Shown: one piece after another, positions 46,704 through 52,358 of the stretch
Numbering within the stretch: position 1 is the first letter of the stretch
How the letters are laid out: each line of letters opens with the position of its first letter
Source of the DNA: a virus
Lineage: Duplodnaviria; Caudoviricetes
DNA length: 52,358 bases
IMG/VR virus record: IMGVR_UViG_3300043419_001551
Location: 1-52,358 of that record
Reading direction: 5' to 3' (one strand)
Program-made: the position numbers and the translations under genes
Notes under the pieces: generated by a model
Seen by the model: only the letters and a program-made list of their open reading frames with translations
Databases searched by the model: none
What the model was told of the DNA's origin: nothing

Positions 46704-48224
46704 CTAGTACCTTGAGGACGGACCTCGGGTTCGGCGGGTCCGTGCGAGTCTACGCGAAAAAGGCGTGTCGGCCATGAGTCCGAGGCCCACCGGACTCGCT
46801 GTCGGACGGGGCGAGTGCCACGTCGACTGCGTCGTGATGGCTCCGTACCCTTCGGGATAGGGGTTATGATGTCTGTTCACGCCCCGACAGAGGTATTTCA
46901 GCGCGGCCACGAGGTCGAAGTGACCGTCCGGGCTCTTTGTGCCAGCACGGGCGAAGTCCGTGGCCTTGTTGTTCCAGATAGCGTTCTTCATCTGCCGGAT
47001 GAGGTGGACGCACCTCGGGTCGATCTCCAGCTCGCGGCTCTGAATCATGTTCCGCACGAGGTTGATGGCCCCGAGCGAGTCCTGTTTCTCGCTGGCGCGA
47101 AATTGGATGCGGTGAAGCTGCCACAAATCCGCGATGAGTCGGGGGTCCACGTCGCTGACACGGGCGTAAGGCTCCTGTCCGGCCCACGCTGCCCGCTCCT
47201 TTCGTGCGATTTCAGCGGCGATGTCGCTCGTGCTCGGCCGGTGCATGAGCGATTCGTCCTCGATGACGAGGCGGGCGCGTCGAAAATCCCAATACCCGTA
47301 GAGGATCGCGGTCCGGTCTTGGAATCCGGGGTCCATGGCGACGTAGGCGTCGAAATACGGGGGCCGTGTCGAGGATTTCACTACCTGTGCTTGTGCCTCG
47401 GACGTAAATTCCGGCAGAACCGCCGAGGCGGCATCCGTCACAAACTCGCAAAAATACTCCCTGAGTGCGGTCGTCGTGGTCGGTGACGCGGTTCCGGCCA
47501 CGATGGCGTCCACGAGCGCGTCCGGCTCACCGGCTTCCTTGAGGAACTCGGCTTTGACCTCGGGCGCAACCCTCGGATTGTCGAGCAGCGTGAACTTCAC
47601 CGTCGCATTTCGACCGGCCAAGTCCTCGTAGATAGCCACCGAGTCGTGTCCGGGGCTTCGAGACGGGGTCGTGGCGAGCAGCACCCGTCCGCCGGTCGTC
47701 AGCGTCATGGGCATGACGACTGAGGAGACGACGTAGGCCAAGTCGTCCATCGTCCCGCACTCGTCGAGAATCACAAGGTCGGCTGCACCGCCTCGAAGGT
47801 TCTCAGCGTGCTCGCCGTTCACACCCTTGAACCGGATGGTGCTCCCGTTCTTGAAGCTGTAGACCTTCTGCTGCCTGTCATAGTCGGGGCGCAGCGCGGT
47901 CGGACAGTCCGGCAGGAGGTGTCCGTCCACGATGTCGGTCACAATGTCGGCAGCGTCCTTGCCGGTCGGTGCCAGATAGAGGATGCGACTCAGTGGCTTC
48001 TTAAGTGCCGACTCGAACGCTTCGAGAACCAAGGTAAAGCTCTTGCCCAAGCGACGCGAACAGAGGAGGAAGAACTTGCGTTCCTTGGTGGCCGAGAGAG
48101 AAGCCTTGATACTTCGCTGAGTCGCATCCAACTTGTAGGTCAGGTTACCACGGCTCCAGAGAGCGGTCGCGGCTCGCTTGGCGAGTTCACGCTGGATGTC
48201 CTCGTGGCTGAACGGCGATGTCAT
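46704..48224 (-). CDS. terL: Terminase large subunit
   Basis: Walker A SRRLGKS, LRGG, Walker B VILDE, coupling motif TTP, REYFCEF, nuclease MDPG...D and HFDLVAAL. Confidence 0.9.
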   Translation of the reverse strand: MTSPFSHEDIQRELAKRAATALWSRGNLTYKLDATQRSIKASLSATKERKFFLLCSRRLGKSFTLVLEAFESALKKPLSRILYLAPTGKDAADIVTDIVDGHLLPDCPTALRPDYDRQQKVYSFKNGSTIRFKGVNGEHAENLRGGAADLVILDECGTMDDLAYVVSSVVMPMTLTTGGRVLLATTPSRSPGHDSVAIYEDLAGRNATVKFTLLDNPRVAPEVKAEFLKEAGEPDALVDAIVAGTASPTTTTALREYFCEFVTDAASAVLPEFTSEAQAQVVKSSTRPPYFDAYVAMDPGFQDRTAILYGYWDFRRARLVIEDESLMHRPSTSDIAAEIARKERAAWAGQEPYARVSDVDPRLIADLWQLHRIQFRASEKQDSLGAINLVRNMIQSRELEIDPRCVHLIRQMKNAIWNNKATDFARAGTKSPDGHFDLVAALKYLCRGVNRHHNPYPEGYGAITTQSTWHSPRPTASPVGLGLMADTPFSRRLARTRRTRGPSSRY

Positions 48225-48328
48225 TCCTCACCATCTCCGGGCCATACAGCCGCAACCATCGCGCAGATGCAGACGCACGCCACGATTTTCATGAACGACA
48301 CGAAGGTCTGTGGGTCCATCTCGCGCAT
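48221..48328 (-). CDS. Possible small membrane peptide
   Basis: Short hydrophobic ORF with ATGA overlap to terL. Confidence 0.3.
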   Translation of the reverse strand: MREMDPQTFVSFMKIVACVCICAMVAAVWPGDGEE

Positions 48329-48332
48329 CGCG

Positions 48333-48869
48333 TCACCGTAGCACGTTCGACCGTAAGGCACGCGGTGTGTTGTCGAACTTTCCGAGCAGTCCTGCCTCTC
48401 GGGCCGTCTCCTGGCAAGCACCCACGAACTTCCACCAGTCCTTGCCGCCAAACCGCAGGGTGTCGAGGATGACGTGGTCCCGCCAGTTGATGCCGTACTC
48501 GACGTTCCGCTCGTAGAACTCTTGCATCGACAGGCCGAGGTGCTCGACTACGGCCATCTCCCACCCGAAGAACGTGAACTCCTTCGCCGCATCCGGCCGC
48601 TTGGTCGTGGCGACGAGGTGTCCGGCCTCGTGCAAGAGGTGCGGCCACGGGGTCTCGTCCGTCCCGACGATCTCAAACTTGTCCCAGACGCAACCGAGGT
48701 GGCTCGTGAACGGGGCCTCGCTCCACGAGGCGGGCCGCTCGTCCAAGAGCGTGCGCCACGCCTCCGCCGCGTCGTGCTCGATGACCCGCACACCAAACTC
48801 GGTGGCGAGGTAGGCGATGAGGCGACGACGGTCTCGAAGAGCGCGAGCGGTGGCGGGTGCGGAGGTCAC
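48333..48869 (-). CDS. Hypothetical protein with HExxH motif
   Basis: LLHEAGH zincin-like motif. Confidence 0.6.
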   Translation of the reverse strand: MTSAPATARALRDRRRLIAYLATEFGVRVIEHDAAEAWRTLLDERPASWSEAPFTSHLGCVWDKFEIVGTDETPWPHLLHEAGHLVATTKRPDAAKEFTFFGWEMAVVEHLGLSMQEFYERNVEYGINWRDHVILDTLRFGGKDWWKFVGACQETAREAGLLGKFDNTPRALRSNVLR

Positions 48870-48998
48870 AAGCCGCTGTGTAGTCCTTCAAGCAGCAAAG
48901 GGTCAAGAATAAAGCATACTTGGTTTGGAGGGGAAAATTTCGGTGGGGGCTAGTGCTAGCGCGGGGAGGGCGGAAAGGGTCGGCCCCCCCCCCTACCC

Positions 48999-49619
48999 CT
49001 ACCCCTTGCGGTCGATATCGCTGCGGTCCACTACATCTTGCGTCACGTCTAGGCCCGCCTGCCCCGATACAGGGGGACGGGGGACGACTATCCGCCGTCG
49101 CCTGGCAGGGGCAGGGGCAGGGAGAGGGGCAACGGGGGTTGTTGTCACAGGGGCGTTCCCCTGTGCGACGGGTTCACGGGGTCGGAGGGGTGCTTCCAGG
49201 GCCTCTGGCGGGGCATCGGGCAGGAATTCCAGGCCGGGAGACAGTGAACCGGCCGGTAGCACCACGACGGGCCGCACGGCCGACGGTGCGAGAGTCTGGG
49301 CTAGGCGCTCGAGCTCCGCGTCTGCAAGCTGAGAGAGTGCGTCGCTCGAGCCGGCATCGACCTGGAGAGAGAGAGTCGTTTCGACCGCGCGGCCGAAGCC
49401 GCGGTCCAGGAGGATGCCTGCCGCTGTGGTCCGGTCGCGATAGGCGGCGTCAGGGTTTAGGGCCATTTCGACCAGGGCGTCGATAAGCGCTTGCCCGCCG
49501 TTCGTCGCGTCACGCACCATTTGAGCGATGGATCTCGTTTTCGTATAGGACGCATTCGAGCTGGGGACAGTCCAGGCTGTGGCGGGCGGTCGAAGCGGCA
49601 TGGGCTTTTTGTACCCCAT
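48999..49619 (-). CDS. Putative terminase small subunit
   Basis: Helical core ending AAGILLDRGFGRA and LADAELERL, typical of TerS-like proteins; upstream of terL. Confidence 0.6.
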   Translation of the reverse strand: MGYKKPMPLRPPATAWTVPSSNASYTKTRSIAQMVRDATNGGQALIDALVEMALNPDAAYRDRTTAAGILLDRGFGRAVETTLSLQVDAGSSDALSQLADAELERLAQTLAPSAVRPVVVLPAGSLSPGLEFLPDAPPEALEAPLRPREPVAQGNAPVTTTPVAPLPAPAPARRRRIVVPRPPVSGQAGLDVTQDVVDRSDIDRKG

Positions 49620-49791
49620 CCTGTCTCGCGTGACAACTTGTCACTGAATGTCATTCAGTTTGACAATCTGTCAAAACGACATTTTCGGACAAGCACCCCT
49701 AAACTTTTTTCGTTGACGTGCCGACACTGTCTGTGAGACACAGTCACCACGCCGGACGACGTAGGGTCGGACGGCTGAAACGAGGGACCCA

Positions 49792-50064
49792 ATGATTCGC
49801 ACTGCTCTCCGCATCCACGTCTCCATCGCCAAGGCTGACGGCTCGTTCGACTTCGTCGTTTTGCACCCGTCGCTTGTCGCCACGTCGGCCAAGCAGGCCG
49901 AGCAGCTCGCCTTGCAGGCCGAGGGCGGCTTGCTTCGTCGCGGGCAGTCGCGTCAAGGTGTTGATGGCAACGGCACGACGGTCTGGGAGGTGTCGCTCTC
50001 ACACAACCTCGAAGCAGCCCGCTACTGGGGCGCGAAGGCGGTTCTCGCCCGCACTGGTCTCTAA
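49792..50064 (+). CDS. Hypothetical early protein
   Basis: GAGGG RBS; preceded by a leader hairpin. Confidence 0.65.
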   Translation: MIRTALRIHVSIAKADGSFDFVVLHPSLVATSAKQAEQLALQAEGGLLRRGQSRQGVDGNGTTVWEVSLSHNLEAARYWGAKAVLARTGL

Positions 50065-50170
50065 AACACCGAACCGGGGGCGCTTGCGGCCCCCATTCAC
50101 CCCGAACGGCGTAGGGCCGGACGGGATCAACGCAAGGGGCCGCGCAAGCGGCCGAAGAGGGAGCAACATT

Positions 50171-50392
50171 ATGGACCGCCAGCCCGTAACCATCCGCCTG
50201 AGGGCCGACGAAGCCGCCGTTTACGATTCGCGCGACGATCAGGCCGGCGCGGAACTTCGCGCAAATATCGACGCCCGCGCAGTCGAAATCATCGACGCTG
50301 GAAACGTGTCCAGCGTCGCCGTCTACCATCCGGACGGATTCACCGCGTGGTATTACGAAGCCCCGACCCCCGCTTGCGGATGGTATCGATAA
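50171..50392 (+). CDS. Hypothetical early protein
   Basis: GAGGGAG RBS. Confidence 0.6.
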   Translation: MDRQPVTIRLRADEAAVYDSRDDQAGAELRANIDARAVEIIDAGNVSSVAVYHPDGFTAWYYEAPTPACGWYR

Positions 50393-50581
50393 TGGGCACC
50401 CTGGACGGCCTTATCGGAAACGCCTTTCTTTTCGGACCCGGGCTCGCGCTCATGCTCGGCATCCGATACCTCTCGCGCCGCGGCTTTTTCGGCCCGCATC
50501 AGTAACCGTTCCACCCGTCCGGCGGCATGTTGCCACCGGACCACACGCAAGCGGCCGCAAGCGGCCGGAAAGAAGAGCCCC

Positions 50582-50911
50582 ATGGACGTCTTTGCATTGC
50601 GCCTGATTCGCGAACGGAACGCCGCCAGTGGAGGACACTGGTTCGATGCTGACACGCTCCGCTTTTTCCGGTCGCGGCTTCCGACCGGATGCGTGGGCCG
50701 CGTCGACAACACGGCGTGGTTCGTGACGTCGGAAGCGGGGCCTTTCGGCCGCGGGTCGCGGGCCTACACGGTGCGCCGCGCGAACGTGGCCACCGGACAC
50801 GTCGACACGGAAGGCACGTTCCGCGGCTACGCGACACGTTCGGCCGCAGTCACGGCCGCTAGGCAGTGTGTCCGGGCCGCGTCGGTCGCGTGGACGGCGG
50901 CAAATCAATAA
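50582..50911 (+). CDS. Conserved phage early protein
   Basis: GHWFDADTLRFFRSR...FVTSE motif pattern. Confidence 0.65.
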   Translation: MDVFALRLIRERNAASGGHWFDADTLRFFRSRLPTGCVGRVDNTAWFVTSEAGPFGRGSRAYTVRRANVATGHVDTEGTFRGYATRSAAVTAARQCVRAASVAWTAANQ

Positions 50912-51038
50912 CCAGGGCGAAACGGCCGGACCGGAAACGGTCCGGACCGTCTAGGCGTTACGCGCCTACTGAAGAGCCTGTCCGGCGGCATGGTGCCATC
51001 GGACCACATGTGCGGCATGAGCCGCAGGAGTCCTTCCC

Positions 51039-51887
51039 GTGGCAAAAACAAAACCTGTTACCGTGCCGCCGCACATGAATGCCGCTATCTGGAAAGCCTT
51101 TTCGGCCATCGTTTCGTCGGACGTGACGCGCCGGACTATTTGTCACGTCCATGTGCGTGACGTGCGCACGATCGAAGCGACCGACGGGCATTGCGCCGTC
51201 CAAGTCACGTTCCCCGCGGACCTTGAACTTGCGCCGGGACTGTACGACGCAAGGCAGACACTCGCCCGCGTCAAGGCCGGTGTTGCGCCTGAGCTGGCGG
51301 CGCCTTTCATTCACGAATCATGGACGTTTCCGAATATCGATGCCGTCATGCCTTCCAAGTGTGAAGGCTTTTCGGAACGCTCTGATGTCGGTTTTGATCC
51401 GGTGTTGGTCGGCCGCGTTATGAATGCCGTTGACGACATCTTGCAAGCTGTTGGTGTGAAACACGCGGGTATCACATGGGATACATCGGACGACTTGTCG
51501 CCCGCACTTGTGTACGGTGAAGCCGCGGGCGTCAAGGTCCGCTGCGCTATCATGCCGATGCGCGTCAATGAACCTCGAAAGCGGCCGCAAAAGGACACAT
51601 TCGAGACGGATGCAGCCGTCTTCGGACTGAAAGCGGACCTACAGACCGCGACGAAACGCGCCGCCTATTTGGACAGTGTCGTTTCCGACCTTCGCGCCGA
51701 AATTGTGCGACTCACTGAGGACTTGAACGAAGCGCGCGAAGCGGCCGATACCGATGCCGCGGATGCGATGCGCGCACGTGAGACGGTCGACGAATTGCGC
51801 GCGGAGATAAACGCTCTTCGTCACTTGCGCCCGAAAGGCGATACCGTGGCGCCCATCCTTCTCTCTTCTCCGATTGTGAGGGCCTAA
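51039..51887 (+). CDS. Truncated beta-clamp-like protein with C-terminal coiled coil
   Basis: AGGAG RBS; ATDGH, FPN, GFDP, SPA and IMPMR clamp-like motifs. Confidence 0.6.
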   Translation: MAKTKPVTVPPHMNAAIWKAFSAIVSSDVTRRTICHVHVRDVRTIEATDGHCAVQVTFPADLELAPGLYDARQTLARVKAGVAPELAAPFIHESWTFPNIDAVMPSKCEGFSERSDVGFDPVLVGRVMNAVDDILQAVGVKHAGITWDTSDDLSPALVYGEAAGVKVRCAIMPMRVNEPRKRPQKDTFETDAAVFGLKADLQTATKRAAYLDSVVSDLRAEIVRLTEDLNEAREAADTDAADAMRARETVDELRAEINALRHLRPKGDTVAPILLSSPIVRA

Positions 51888-51889
51888 CC

Positions 51890-52072
51890 GTGGCCGAATC
51901 GAAAAATATCTCAATTCGATGTCCGCTTGAGCTTGTCCGAGCCGTTGAAGCTCTACTCGAAAAGCGGCGCGCGGAAAACCCCTACCAGCTCCCATCCATC
52001 GGTGACGTGTACCGTGAACTGCTAGCCCGCGGCTTGGACGCACTCGCTAAGGAAACGGTCGGCCGGAAGTAG
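51890..52072 (+). CDS. Ribbon-helix-helix DNA-binding protein
   Basis: NISIRCPLEL strand, helix, then SIGDVYRELLARGL helix. Confidence 0.7.
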   Translation: MAESKNISIRCPLELVRAVEALLEKRRAENPYQLPSIGDVYRELLARGLDALAKETVGRK

Positions 52073-52092
52073 CTCGCACAATCCACAATAGC

Positions 52093-52139
52093 ACCGGAGC
52101 CCCGTAGCCTATCCAGGCCGCGGGGCTCCGGTCGTTTCT
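52093..52139 (+). terminator. GC-rich hairpin, probable terminator before the repeat array
   Basis: ACCGGAGCCCCG...CGGGGCTCCGGT followed by CGTTTCT. Confidence 0.6.
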
Positions 52140-52152
52140 CCGGTCCGATAAT

Positions 52153-52358
52153 CGTCCCTAGACGGCCTGTGACGTCCGACGACGCTCTAGAACGTCCCTA
52201 GACGGCCTGTGACGTCCCTAGACGGCCTGTGACGTCCCTAGACGGCCTGTGACGTCCCTAGACGGCCTGTGACGTCCCTAGACGGCCTGTGACGTCCCTA
52301 GACGGCCTGTGACGTCCCTAGACGGCCTGTGACGTCCCTAGACGGCCTGTGACGTCCC
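52153..52358. repeat. Tandem array of the same 20-bp unit (one detached copy at about 52153, then 8 full copies plus a partial copy from 52192)
   Basis: Read directly; continuous with the array at position 1. Confidence 0.98.

Overview
This looks like a complete or near-complete, GC-rich dsDNA tailed phage genome. It is podovirus-like: no tape-measure gene is visible, and candidate adaptor, nozzle and ejection proteins are present. The sequence is opened inside a tandem array of a 20-bp unit found at both ends, so it is probably a circular or permuted assembly. The + strand (2.2-21.4 kb) carries replication and nucleotide-metabolism genes: primase, SF3 helicase, PD-(D/E)XK nuclease, SF2 helicase, class II RNR, PAP2 phosphatase, ThyX, family A DNA polymerase with an intein, beta clamp, RuvC-like resolvase, serine recombinase and thymidine kinase. 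The - strand (49.6 to 21.4 kb) carries packaging, structural and lysis genes. A small early-type + operon lies at 49.8-52.1 kb. Three features stand out. (1) The polymerase intein has its HNH homing endonuclease encoded as a separate gene in the +1 frame, with its own RBS. (2) A 60-nt tRNA-shaped element between the scaffold and capsid genes has D arm, T arm and CCA but no anticodon arm. (3) A family of covarying leader hairpins with a GUAGG pentaloop precedes several genes. All product calls rest on motif recognition by eye; no database searches were run.
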